A stretch of DNA of 64,000 bases, taken from Bacteroidales bacterium. Lineage in GTDB: Bacteria; Bacteroidota; Bacteroidia; Bacteroidales; UBA7960. The notes under the pieces are model-generated. The model searched no databases. It had not been told where the DNA came from and saw only the letters and a list, made by a program, of their open reading frames with translations. The position numbers and the translations under genes were made by a program. The stretch spans positions 5,073 through 69,072 of the forward strand of contig JAHYJD010000007.1 of NCBI GenBank assembly GCA_019429365.1, read 5' to 3'. This document shows positions 1 to 10,683 of the stretch, one piece after another (within the stretch, counting starts at the first letter, position 1; each line of letters begins with the position of its first letter).

Positions 1-977
1 TTCATACCGGCCAGCATTTCGACCACAACATGAGCCAGGTGTTTTTTGAGCAAATGCAGATTCCGGAGCCTGCCTATAACCTCGGAATTCACAGCCTGCC
101 ACACGGGGCTATGACAGGACGCATGCTTGAGCGGGCCGAGGAGGTGATGCTTCACGAAGACCCCGACTGGGTTATGGTGTATGGCGACACCAACTCTACC
201 CTGGCTGGCGCACTGGCTGCAAAAAAAATCGGACTTCCGGTAGCGCATGTCGAAGCAGGCCTGCGGTCGTTCAACATGAGCATGCCCGAAGAGATTAACC
301 GCATTCTGACCGACCGCATTGCCGATCTGCTCTTTTGCCCCACCCAAACAGCTCTCGACAACCTGGAACAAGAAGGTTTCGACCACTTCGAAAGCAGGGT
401 GTTGCTTACAGGCGATGTAATGTACGATGCTTACCTGCATTTTTCGGATTTGCGTAAAGCGCCAAAAACACTGAAACTCCCAAAAAAATTCGGACTGGTA
501 ACGCTTCACCGGGCCGAAAACACCGACCAACCCGCCACCCTGAAGCAAATTATGGAAGCATTAAACCAAATTGCCGATCAGCTGCCCCTGGTGCTTCCTG
601 TTCACCCCCGCACGTTCAAAGTTCTAAGCCACGGCAAACTTCCTGCCTTGAACAAAAACATTATAATATCGGAACCAGTAAGCTACCTTGAAATCCTGTA
701 CTTGCTTGAAAAATGCCAGATGGTACTCACCGACAGTGGTGGACTGCAAAAAGAAGCCTATTTCGCCGAAAGGCCTTGCATAACCCTGCGCAACGAAACG
801 GAGTGGACTGAGCTGGTAGAAGCCGGTTACAATATTGTGGCCGGAAACAAAAAGAAAAATATTTACAAGGCATTTGGCCAGTATTCAAAAGAGCGGCCCG
901 AATTCAGCGCTGGATTGTATGGAATTGGTAATGCCGCCGGCATGATCGCTGATGCTTTTCAGCAGACCACACTCTAA
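1..977 (+). CDS. wecB: UDP-N-acetylglucosamine 2-epimerase (non-hydrolysing), 5' end cut by window edge
   Basis: Frame 3 is open from base 3 (HTGQHFDHNMSQVFF...). Family motifs are VYGDTNSTLAGALAA, HVEAGLRSFN and PEEINR. Stop is TAA at 975-977. Confidence 0.85.
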   Translation, partial: HTGQHFDHNMSQVFFEQMQIPEPAYNLGIHSLPHGAMTGRMLERAEEVMLHEDPDWVMVYGDTNSTLAGALAAKKIGLPVAHVEAGLRSFNMSMPEEINRILTDRIADLLFCPTQTALDNLEQEGFDHFESRVLLTGDVMYDAYLHFSDLRKAPKTLKLPKKFGLVTLHRAENTDQPATLKQIMEALNQIADQLPLVLPVHPRTFKVLSHGKLPALNKNIIISEPVSYLEILYLLEKCQMVLTDSGGLQKEAYFAERPCITLRNETEWTELVEAGYNIVAGNKKKNIYKAFGQYSKERPEFSAGLYGIGNAAGMIADAFQQTTL

Positions 978-982
978 AAAAA

Positions 983-1003
983 GAAGGGGCACAAGGCCCC
1001 TTC
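983..1003. terminator. bidirectional hairpin terminator between convergent wecB and gdh
   Basis: Stem gaaggggc (983-990) pairs with gccccttc (996-1003) around a 5-nt loop. An A-run lies on the left and a T-rich stretch on the right. Confidence 0.7.
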
Positions 1004-1027
1004 CTTTTGGAAATCAACTTCAACCAT

Positions 1028-2422
<1,395 letters not shown>

Positions 2423-2474
2423 TCACTTTTTGAAATGATTAATATTTTTATGGAAAACATATTTTTTTTGTTTT

Positions 2475-2489
2475 TTTCTTGCATATGTC
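2475..2489 (-). promoter_or_regulatory. 15-mer GACATATGCAAGAAA (read on - strand), also present upstream of the NuoE-like operon
   Basis: Exact 15/15 match to 10669-10683. It lies about 104-118 nt upstream of the gdh paralog 1 ATG, in the gene's orientation, and is followed by an A/T tract in both copies. Confidence 0.3.
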
Positions 2490-2551
2490 AATAATTTTTA
2501 TATAGAATATTTTGACAATAAGGCTTGCGAAAAGAAAACTATTTGTGATGG

Positions 2552-2559
2552 TAATTTTG
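2552..2559 (+). promoter_or_regulatory. candidate Bacteroidota -7 promoter box (TAATTTTG)
   Basis: Matches the TAnnTTTG consensus in the AT-rich divergent intergenic region, about 60 nt upstream of ATG 2621. No convincing -33 element was seen. Confidence 0.3.
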
Positions 2560-2620
2560 TAATTTCATTGCACGAAATTTTTATTATTGCGGCAGCGTAA
2601 GGTATAAACCCAGCCGAAAA

Positions 2621-5600
2621 ATGGAAAATAAAGAAGAATCGGGAACAATCAGGGAATCAGGATTTTTTTCAAGCAGCGCTAATCAGGCTCTTTCTATCAG
2701 CCAGGAAGAGATACAGCGCTTAATTGCCGAAAAGCGGGAGCGCCTGAAGGAGTTGGGAGCCATCAACCAGACCGTATCTATTTTAAAGGAAGAGCGGCCT
2801 GTTGGTGAAATGCTCCGCGAAATTGTGAAAGTACTTCCGCCGGCCTGGCAGTTTCCCGAAAATGCAGTAGCCCGCCTCAAATATGGCCAGGAAGTATATT
2901 TGAGCAGCAATCGCTTTCGCGAAAGCCGATGGTCGCAACGCAGGTCGTTCGAAACCATCGATGGACGCGAAGGATCACTGGAGGTTTTTTACCTGGCCGA
3001 ACACCCCCAGTTGGACGAAGGTCCATTCCTGATGGAAGAGCGTCAGCTCATCAGCAACATTGCCAACCTCATTACCGGCCATCTCAATACTCAGATCGGA
3101 AAAAATCTTCTTAAAAAGTCGGCAGCTGACCTTCAGGAGGCTACCCAGTCGCGCAAAGAGCAGGAACATGCAGCCAAAAACCGCCACCTGCTGCAAAAGT
3201 TTTTAATAAAGCACAACTCCGACCGCGATATTTATCACGACCTGATGCAATACAAGGTGCGTGAAATTTTGCTGGTTGCCAATCTCTACGATGCATATAA
3301 CATTGAGCAGGAAGGTCGGTTCTTTGAACAGGTTACCGGCGAATACTACCAGCTAAACCTGTCGTCGGCTCCGCGCATTACAGGCGTTTCCACACCCGAA
3401 GAAGCCCTGGAGAAACTACAGGAAAAACATTTCGACCTGGTTATTGTGATGATGGGCGTTGATAAAACGACACCGATTCAATTGAGCCGGATCATTAAGC
3501 AGATTTATCCAAGCACTCCCATTTTCCTGCTTCTAAACAACAACAGCGATATTGCCATGTTTGAAGATGGCAACAAGCAAATTGCACCCATCGACAAAAT
3601 TTTTGTTTGGAACGGCGACTCCAAGGTTTTCCTGGCCATGGTGAAATACAACGAAGATCGCTATAATGTGGAAAACGACATCCGGATTGGGATGGTTAGG
3701 GTCATTCTGCTGGTAGAAGATTCTGCACGCTATTATTCGCGCTACCTGCCCATTCTTTATTCCATTGTCATTGAACAGACGCAGCAGCTCATAGAAGAAG
3801 TAAATACCGACGAGCTCTATAAGTTGCTGAAGATGCGTGTAAGGCCCAAGGTTTTGCTGGCTTCAAATTACAAGGATGCAGTGCAGCTTTTCAACAAATT
3901 CAAGGACAATCTGCTTTGCATTATTTCAGATGCCCGGTTTGAAAAGGACGGCAATTACGCAGACGATGCCGGTATTAGCCTGATCAATTATGCCAAGGAG
4001 CAGATACCCGACCTGCCTACAGTGCTGCAATCGTCCGACCCCGCCAATGCTCAAAAAGCCTACGAACTGAAAGCCACCTTCATCAACAAAAACTCAGAGA
4101 ACCTGAAGCAGGACCTGCAGAGTTTTATCAACTATTACCTGGGCTTCGGAAATTTCGTTTACAAGGACGAAGAAGGCCGCAAAGACATCGCCATTGCCCG
4201 CTCCATGAAGGAGTTTCAAAATCATTTGCGCACCATTCCTGAGAAATCGCTCATTTATCATGCCCGAAAGAACCACTTCTCGCACTGGCTTATGGCCCGC
4301 GGCGAGATTCAGATTGCCAAGCGAATAAAGCCTTTAAAAGTCGACGACTTTCAGTCGCCCGGCAGCCTGCGCGAGTTTCTGATGAATGTTATTGAAGAAT
4401 GTATTCGCGACAAGCAAAAGGGTAAGGTGATAAATTTTGAAGAGTCGGCCCTGCTCGACGAAACCAACATCGTGAGCATGGCAAGCGGGTCACTCGGAGG
4501 TAAAGGACGGGGCCTGGCATTCATCAACATGCTCATCAACAATTTCAATTTCGCCGAACTGGTTCCCGACATCTGCATACTTTCACCCCGAACCACCATA
4601 ATCGGCACTGAGGAGTTTGAACGTTTTCTGCAAAATAATAATATTGCCGAAAAGATAACCCACGAAACCGACTACGAAACACTGAAGGAAATTTTCATGG
4701 CCGGGCGGCTTACCGAAAGCCTCCAGCGAAGACTTAAAGCTTACCTTTCGATCATTCACCGCCCCTTGGCCATCAGGTCTTCCAGCCTTTTTGAAGACTC
4801 CTTAATGCAACCCTTTGCGGGAATCTTCGACACATTTTTGCTGCCCAACAACCATCCCGACATAAAGGTAAGACTCGATCAGGCCATGAACGCCATTAAG
4901 CTGGTGTTTGCCTCCATCTTCTCTCCCACTGCTTCGGCCTATTTCCAGGCGGTAAATTATAAAATTGAAGAAGAAAAAATGGCCGTGATCATACAAGAAG
5001 TGGTGGGCAATGAGTATGAAGGGTATTTTTATCCTCACATCAGCGGGGTGGCGCAGTCGTTCAACTTTTATCCTTTCTCTTACATGCAGCCCGACGAGGG
5101 CTTTGCAGTAGCTGCCGTAGGGTTGGGAAAATACGTGGTGGAAGGAGAAAAAACATACCGCTTTTCACCGGTTCATCCCCAACTCGAAATTTATACCCCG
5201 CGCGACCTGTTCAAAAATTCACAGGTGCATTTTTTTGCCATCGACATGAAAAAGCAGGATATAAACTTGCTTGAAGGCGAAGATGCCGGCCTGACAAAAC
5301 TCGAAATTGACAAAGCCGAAATGCATGGTGCACTAAAACATTGCGCATCCGTATTCGACATCTCCAACGAGCGAATCATTCCCGGCATTACCCACCCTGG
5401 ACCACGGGTCATCAATTTTGCCAACATTCTTAAGTACGACTACATACCACTGGCAAAAACCATTGAGGTAATCCTGGATATTGTTTCTGAATCGATGGGC
5501 ACGCCTGTAGAAATTGAATTTGCCGTCGACCTCAACAAAGACAAGCAGGGACGGGCAGCTTTCTACTTGCTGCAGATCAAACCGCTTATCAAAAACATTA

Positions 5601-6178
5601 TTGATACTGAAATTTCCATTGACAAGATTGATAACGAGCGACTGATGCTGTATTCTGAAAACGGCATGGGTAATGGACGAATCGATAATATTTACGATGT
5701 TATTTATGTGGATGTGGACCATTTCGACCGCTTGAAAACAGAGAAGATGCGCGATGAAATAGAAATGCTTAACCAGCAAATGGTTAAGGAAAATCGCAAA
5801 TACATCCTTATTGGGCCTGGGCGCTGGGGCACCCGCGATCGTTTTATTGGCATTCCGGTGGTATGGTCACAGATTTCCAATGCCAGAATAATAGTGGAAG
5901 TTAGCCTCGAAAACTTCCCGCTCGATGCTTCCCTGGGCTCGCACTTCTTTCATAATGTCATTTCAATGAATGTGGGATATTTTTCTGTCAAACACAACGA
6001 CCTGATTGACTATATTAACTGGGACGAATTGAACAAGGCCAGCGTGAAGCAGCAAACGCGCTTTTTCAGGCACGTGCGGTTCGAAAAGCCAGTAGAGGTA
6101 GTTATGGACGGCAAAAAACGCGCTTCGCTCATTTACTTCCCACAAGAAGATAATATTGCTGAAAACGAAACCTTATGA
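2621..6178 (+). CDS. multidomain protein: coiled-coil + GAF-like sensor, two receiver-like modules, PPDK_N-type ATP-grasp (PEP/pyruvate-binding) domain, conserved C-terminal module
   Basis: 1185-aa ORF. The sensor region contains EGPFLMEERQLISNIANLI. Receiver-like modules are ILLVANLYD...FDLVIVMM and ILLVEDS...CIISD...FINK. ATP-grasp motifs are GGKGRGLAFIN, IRSSSLFEDS..PFAGIFDT and MAVIIQEVVG. The C-terminus is GPGRWGTRD...GIPVVWSQIS...LGSHFFHN. Confidence 0.7.
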   Translation: MENKEESGTIRESGFFSSSANQALSISQEEIQRLIAEKRERLKELGAINQTVSILKEERPVGEMLREIVKVLPPAWQFPENAVARLKYGQEVYLSSNRFRESRWSQRRSFETIDGREGSLEVFYLAEHPQLDEGPFLMEERQLISNIANLITGHLNTQIGKNLLKKSAADLQEATQSRKEQEHAAKNRHLLQKFLIKHNSDRDIYHDLMQYKVREILLVANLYDAYNIEQEGRFFEQVTGEYYQLNLSSAPRITGVSTPEEALEKLQEKHFDLVIVMMGVDKTTPIQLSRIIKQIYPSTPIFLLLNNNSDIAMFEDGNKQIAPIDKIFVWNGDSKVFLAMVKYNEDRYNVENDIRIGMVRVILLVEDSARYYSRYLPILYSIVIEQTQQLIEEVNTDELYKLLKMRVRPKVLLASNYKDAVQLFNKFKDNLLCIISDARFEKDGNYADDAGISLINYAKEQIPDLPTVLQSSDPANAQKAYELKATFINKNSENLKQDLQSFINYYLGFGNFVYKDEEGRKDIAIARSMKEFQNHLRTIPEKSLIYHARKNHFSHWLMARGEIQIAKRIKPLKVDDFQSPGSLREFLMNVIEECIRDKQKGKVINFEESALLDETNIVSMASGSLGGKGRGLAFINMLINNFNFAELVPDICILSPRTTIIGTEEFERFLQNNNIAEKITHETDYETLKEIFMAGRLTESLQRRLKAYLSIIHRPLAIRSSSLFEDSLMQPFAGIFDTFLLPNNHPDIKVRLDQAMNAIKLVFASIFSPTASAYFQAVNYKIEEEKMAVIIQEVVGNEYEGYFYPHISGVAQSFNFYPFSYMQPDEGFAVAAVGLGKYVVEGEKTYRFSPVHPQLEIYTPRDLFKNSQVHFFAIDMKKQDINLLEGEDAGLTKLEIDKAEMHGALKHCASVFDISNERIIPGITHPGPRVINFANILKYDYIPLAKTIEVILDIVSESMGTPVEIEFAVDLNKDKQGRAAFYLLQIKPLIKNIIDTEISIDKIDNERLMLYSENGMGNGRIDNIYDVIYVDVDHFDRLKTEKMRDEIEMLNQQMVKENRKYILIGPGRWGTRDRFIGIPVVWSQISNARIIVEVSLENFPLDASLGSHFFHNVISMNVGYFSVKHNDLIDYINWDELNKASVKQQTRFFRHVRFEKPVEVVMDGKKRASLIYFPQEDNIAENETL

Positions 6179-9153
6179 CCCTGAAATCGAAATACAAATA
6201 CAACGAACAATTTGCCACGGACCATTACGAATTTGCAGAGATAGCCTACGAGGACCTCATGCAGAAACGCATTATCAACGTATTGCTGATTTGCAGCAAC
6301 TACGATGCTTTTATGCTCGAGGAAGACGGGCGCATAAACGAAAAGATTTTCCTGGAATACACTTCCAAAAATTTGCGCTACCCACCGCAGTTTACCAAAG
6401 CCAGCTCGTCAGAAGAAGCGTTTGAATACCTGGAGAAAAAGGAGTTCGACCTGGTCATAACCATGTTGAATGTAGGTAAGATCGATGCCTTTGAAATGGC
6501 CAAAAAGGTCAAAAAACGCTACCCGAAAATTCCCATTGTGGTGCTGACGCATTTTTCGCGCGAGGTTTCTATTAAACTTTCGAACGAAGACCTTAGCGGC
6601 ATCGACTATGTGTTTTCATGGCTGGGCAACTCCAGCCTGCTGCTGGCCATCATAAAGCTGCTGGAAGACCGCATGAACGCCGAATTCGACATCGATGTGA
6701 TTGGCGTGCAGGCCATTTTGCTGGTCGAAGACTCTATCAGGTATTATTCATCGTACCTGCCTTCTATTTACAAAGTTATTTTCGATCAGACCAACGAATT
6801 GATGACTGAAGGGCTGAACGAACACCGCAAAACAATGCGAATGCGGGCCAGACCTAAAATTTTGCTGGCCAAAACCTACGAAGAGGCCGTCAGCCTTTTT
6901 GAGAAATACAATCAGAACCTGCTAGGAGTAATCTCTGATATCAGCTATTCCCGTAAGGGGAAAAGAGACAGCCAGGCGGGCATCAGGTTTGCCCGGCACA
7001 TTCGAAAAGTGGATAGCCAGATTCCGATCATGCTTCAATCGTCGGACGACTGGCAGGAAGAAATCATGCAGGAGATCAGGGTGGCATTCATAAACAAATA
7101 TTCTAAAACCCTGTTGGTAGAACTTAAGCAGTACATTCGGGAGAATTATGGCTTTGGCGATTTTGTCTTTAAGGATCCATTGACAAGCCGCGAGGAGGAT
7201 CGCGCCAACAACCTGCATTCGCTCCAGGTAAAAATTGCCAGGGTGCCCCCAAAAAGCCTTGAATACCATGTTTCAAACAACCATTTTTCGCGTTGGCTCA
7301 AAGCCAGGGCGCTTTTTTCTTTAGCCAATGTGTTTGCCGAAAAAAGTCGTGAAGATTTTAACAACATTGAAGAAGTAAGAAACTACCTGATTGACACGAT
7401 TGCCAACTACCGCCGCATGAAGGGGCGGGGAATCATCGCCAGCCATTTCGACGAGTACGCTGTTTTTACACGCCTTGGCGATGGGCAGTTGGGCGGAAAG
7501 GCACGTGGCCTGGCTTTCATTGACTCAGTAATAAACAAGCACAAAATAATGTATAACTGGGAAGGCGTTACGGTGGCCATTCCCCGAACAGTGGTCATTA
7601 CCACCGATATGTTCGACGAGTTCATGGAAGAAAACAGCTTGTACGACCTGGCCCTTTCCAATACCAGCGACGAGGAGATACTTGACCGTTTTGTGCAGTC
7701 GCGCACCCCTTCCAGGCTCAAATCCTACGTCAGAGATATTGTGGGGTTTTTTAATGCCCCTTTGGCCATTCGCTCCAGCAGCCTGTTGGAAGACAGTCAT
7801 TATCAGCCTTTTGCCGGTGTGTATTCCACATACATGATTCCCAACAACCACGCCGAAAAAACGGTGCGCATGCAACAGCTCGAACAAGCCATAAAAAGCG
7901 TGTATGCTTCCGTTTTTTTCCGCGAAAGCAAAGCCTATATTGCAGCTACCAGCAATGTGATCGACGAAGAAAAAATGGCCGTGGTAATACAGGAAGTGTC
8001 GGGTCGCTCCTATGGCAACAAGTTTTACCCCACGCTGTCGGGAGTAGCCCGTTCGGTAAACTTCTACCCTATTGAACCAGAACGCTATGAAGATGGCGTG
8101 GCCAACATTGCATTTGGCCTGGGAAAAACCATTGTGGAAGGAGGGATTTCTTTGAGATTCTCCCCTAGATATCCTGAAAAATCCTTGCAGCTCTCCAACC
8201 CTGAATTTGCTTTGCGCGATAGCCAGAAAGAATTCTACAGCCTTAACCTCGACCCCGAAAAGTTCATCCCCAGCATCGACGATGCTGACAACCTTTTTAA
8301 ACTCAGGATTAAGGAAGCCGTGTCTGATGCCTCTCTTAAATATGTTGCATCTACCTACGACTACGAGGACCACATGGTTCGCGATGGTCTTTACGATACT
8401 GGAAAAGTCATCGTTACTTTTGCCAATATTCTGAGGCACAATGTTTTTCCTTTGGCAGGTATACTTCAAAACCTGCTCGAGATTGGCCAGAAGGAAATGA
8501 ACAACCAGGTGGAAATCGAATTTGCAGCCAACATGGATGTACCAACAGGACAAAATAAAGTTTTTTACTTCCTTCAGATCAGACCCGTGGTCGAAATGCA
8601 GGAAAAACTCCGCATTAAGGTTAACACCTGCTTCCCCGAAAAGTCTATCATTATCAGCCAGCAGGCTTTGGGCAATGGGCTGATTGAAAACATCCGCGAT
8701 TTCATTTATGTGAAGCCCGACGCCTTCAATCCGGCCAACACAAAGGAAATAGCAGCCATCATTGACCACCTCAACAGCCAGTTTGTAAGCAACGGTCGCA
8801 ACTATATTTTGGTAGGACCCGGGCGCTGGGGGTCGGCCGATCCCTGGCTAGGTATACCGGTAAAATGGGCCCAGATTTCGGCCGCACGGCTCATTGTGGA
8901 AGCGGGCATGAAGGACTTCCATATCGATCCCAGCCAGGGAACCCACTTTTTTCAGAACCTGACCTCTTTCAACGTAGGGTATTTTACCGTAAATCCCTTT
9001 ATCGGAGAGGGGCATTACGACCTGGATTTTCTGAACCAGAAAAAGGCCGTTTACGAGGACCAGTTCGTCAGGCATCTTAAATTCCACGACCCTATCATCA
9101 TTAAAATAGATGGAAGCAAAAAGGCCGGAATCGTTTTAAAACCAGAAAAATAA
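6175..9153 (+). CDS. paralog of the preceding gene: two receiver-like modules + PPDK_N-type ATP-grasp domain + conserved C-terminal module (no GAF-like N-terminus)
   Basis: 992-aa ORF whose ATG overlaps the upstream stop (ATGA at 6175-6178). Motifs are VLLICSNYD...FDLVITML, ILLVEDS...GVISD...FINK, GGKARGLAFID, IRSSSLLEDS..PFAGVYST, MAVVIQEVSG, and GPGRWGSAD...GIPVKWAQIS...QGTHFFQN. Confidence 0.7.
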   Translation: MTLKSKYKYNEQFATDHYEFAEIAYEDLMQKRIINVLLICSNYDAFMLEEDGRINEKIFLEYTSKNLRYPPQFTKASSSEEAFEYLEKKEFDLVITMLNVGKIDAFEMAKKVKKRYPKIPIVVLTHFSREVSIKLSNEDLSGIDYVFSWLGNSSLLLAIIKLLEDRMNAEFDIDVIGVQAILLVEDSIRYYSSYLPSIYKVIFDQTNELMTEGLNEHRKTMRMRARPKILLAKTYEEAVSLFEKYNQNLLGVISDISYSRKGKRDSQAGIRFARHIRKVDSQIPIMLQSSDDWQEEIMQEIRVAFINKYSKTLLVELKQYIRENYGFGDFVFKDPLTSREEDRANNLHSLQVKIARVPPKSLEYHVSNNHFSRWLKARALFSLANVFAEKSREDFNNIEEVRNYLIDTIANYRRMKGRGIIASHFDEYAVFTRLGDGQLGGKARGLAFIDSVINKHKIMYNWEGVTVAIPRTVVITTDMFDEFMEENSLYDLALSNTSDEEILDRFVQSRTPSRLKSYVRDIVGFFNAPLAIRSSSLLEDSHYQPFAGVYSTYMIPNNHAEKTVRMQQLEQAIKSVYASVFFRESKAYIAATSNVIDEEKMAVVIQEVSGRSYGNKFYPTLSGVARSVNFYPIEPERYEDGVANIAFGLGKTIVEGGISLRFSPRYPEKSLQLSNPEFALRDSQKEFYSLNLDPEKFIPSIDDADNLFKLRIKEAVSDASLKYVASTYDYEDHMVRDGLYDTGKVIVTFANILRHNVFPLAGILQNLLEIGQKEMNNQVEIEFAANMDVPTGQNKVFYFLQIRPVVEMQEKLRIKVNTCFPEKSIIISQQALGNGLIENIRDFIYVKPDAFNPANTKEIAAIIDHLNSQFVSNGRNYILVGPGRWGSADPWLGIPVKWAQISAARLIVEAGMKDFHIDPSQGTHFFQNLTSFNVGYFTVNPFIGEGHYDLDFLNQKKAVYEDQFVRHLKFHDPIIIKIDGSKKAGIVLKPEK

Positions 9154-9264
9154 ATTTCCTGGCTTTCCTTTGTTATCTGAAAATTAAGGGCTAATTTCGT
9201 CCCGGAAATCAACGTTAATTTTTTAACATCACTCCTATTAAAAACTTTTTAAATCTGTTAAATT

Positions 9265-10602
9265 ATGGACTTAGAAAAGATCATGGCAGACCTGGAGAAA
9301 AAAAATCCGGGACAACCAGAATTTCTTCAGGCAGTAAAGGAAGTACTTGAAACGATTGAAGACGTTATCAAAGAAAACCCCAAGTACGAGGCAAACAACA
9401 TTGTTGAAAGAATTATTGAGCCCGACCGGGTAATCTCCTTCAAGGTAGAATGGCTCGACGACAAAGGCAATGTGAACGTAAACCGCGCTTTCCGCGTGCA
9501 GTTCAACAACGCTATTGGTCCTTACAAAGGTGGCATGCGTTTTCACCCCAGTGTAACCCTCGGGGGTCTGAAGTTCCTGGGTTTTGAACAAACCTTCAAG
9601 AACGCCCTTACAACCCTGCCCATGGGTGGTGCTAAAGGCGGCAGCGATTTCAACCCTAAAGGAAAATCCAACGCTGAAATCATGCGTTTCTGTCATGCGC
9701 TGATGTCAGAACTTTTCAAATATATTGGCCCCGACACCGACATTCCCGCTGGCGACATTGGCGTGGGTGGTCGCGAAATTGGCTACATGTACGGAATGTA
9801 CAAGAAACTTACCAACACCCACAATGGCGTGTTTACCGGCAAAGGCCGCAACTGGGGCGGCAGCCTCATCCGCCCGGAAGCCACCGGTTTCGGTAACGTT
9901 TACTTTGCAGAGGAAATGCTCAAGACCCGCGGCGACTCCATGAAAGGTAAGATCGTTGCCGTTTCAGGTTTTGGAAACGTATCATGGGGCTCAATCATTA
10001 AAGCCACCCAGCTTGGTGCCAGAGTGGTTACCATTAGTGGTCCCGACGGTTACGTATACGATCCTGATGGCATCAGCGGAGAAAAAATCGACTACCTGCT
10101 CGAGCTGCGCGCCTCCAACCAGGACATCGTGAAGCCATACACCTATGAATTCCCCAATGCCCAGTTTTTCGAAGGCAAGCGTCCTTGGGAAGTAAAGTGC
10201 GATGTAGCCCTCCCATGCGCTATCCAGAACGAACTCAACGCCCAGGATGCCCAAAACCTGGTTAACAATGGCGTAATTTGCGTTTCTGAAGGTGCCAACA
10301 TGCCCTGCACCCCCGAAGCCATGGAAATTTTGCTTAAGGCAAAAATCCTTTACGCTCCCGGAAAAGCCTCTAACGCCGGTGGTGTAGCCACTTCGGGCCT
10401 GGAACAGACCCAGAATGCCATGAAACTGAACTGGACTGCCGAAGAAGTGGAAGAAAAACTTCGCCAGATTATGATAAACATCCACGAAGCTTGTGTGAAG
10501 CACGGCAAGGAAGAGGATGGATACGTTAACTATGTGAAAGGCGCCAATGTGGCTGGCTTTATAAAAGTTGCCGACGCCATGATCGATCAGGGCGTTATTT
10601 AA
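9265..10602 (+). CDS. gdhA: glutamate dehydrogenase, paralog 2
   Basis: 445 aa with GPYKGGMRFHP, LPMGGAKGGSDFNPKG and the Rossmann motif GFGNVSWG. It is colinear with paralog 1 along its whole length. Confidence 0.9.
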   Translation: MDLEKIMADLEKKNPGQPEFLQAVKEVLETIEDVIKENPKYEANNIVERIIEPDRVISFKVEWLDDKGNVNVNRAFRVQFNNAIGPYKGGMRFHPSVTLGGLKFLGFEQTFKNALTTLPMGGAKGGSDFNPKGKSNAEIMRFCHALMSELFKYIGPDTDIPAGDIGVGGREIGYMYGMYKKLTNTHNGVFTGKGRNWGGSLIRPEATGFGNVYFAEEMLKTRGDSMKGKIVAVSGFGNVSWGSIIKATQLGARVVTISGPDGYVYDPDGISGEKIDYLLELRASNQDIVKPYTYEFPNAQFFEGKRPWEVKCDVALPCAIQNELNAQDAQNLVNNGVICVSEGANMPCTPEAMEILLKAKILYAPGKASNAGGVATSGLEQTQNAMKLNWTAEEVEEKLRQIMINIHEACVKHGKEEDGYVNYVKGANVAGFIKVADAMIDQGVI

Positions 10603-10626
10603 GCTCAATTCATTCAGAGAAAAAAA

Positions 10627-10656
10627 AGCTGTGCGGAAAACCGCACAGCTTTTTTT
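10627..10656 (+). terminator. rho-independent terminator after gdh paralog 2
   Basis: 10-bp stem agctgtgcgg/ccgcacagct, aaaa loop, then a T6 run. An A7 run upstream allows bidirectional use. Confidence 0.8.
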
Positions 10657-10668
10657 ATAAAAATAAAC

Positions 10669-10683
10669 GACATATGCAAGAAA
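10669..10683 (+). promoter_or_regulatory. 15-mer GACATATGCAAGAAA shared with the gdh paralog 1 upstream region
   Basis: Exact match to the - strand of 2475-2489. It lies 86-100 nt upstream of the NuoE-like ATG (10769). Confidence 0.3.

Noticed and set aside
7525-8769. A 414-aa ORF on the - strand nested inside the second ATP-grasp gene.
   Set aside because: It is fully antisense to a gene with strong family motifs. Its own translation is compositionally odd (rich in F/H/G/V runs) with no recognisable motif. This is typical of shadow ORFs.
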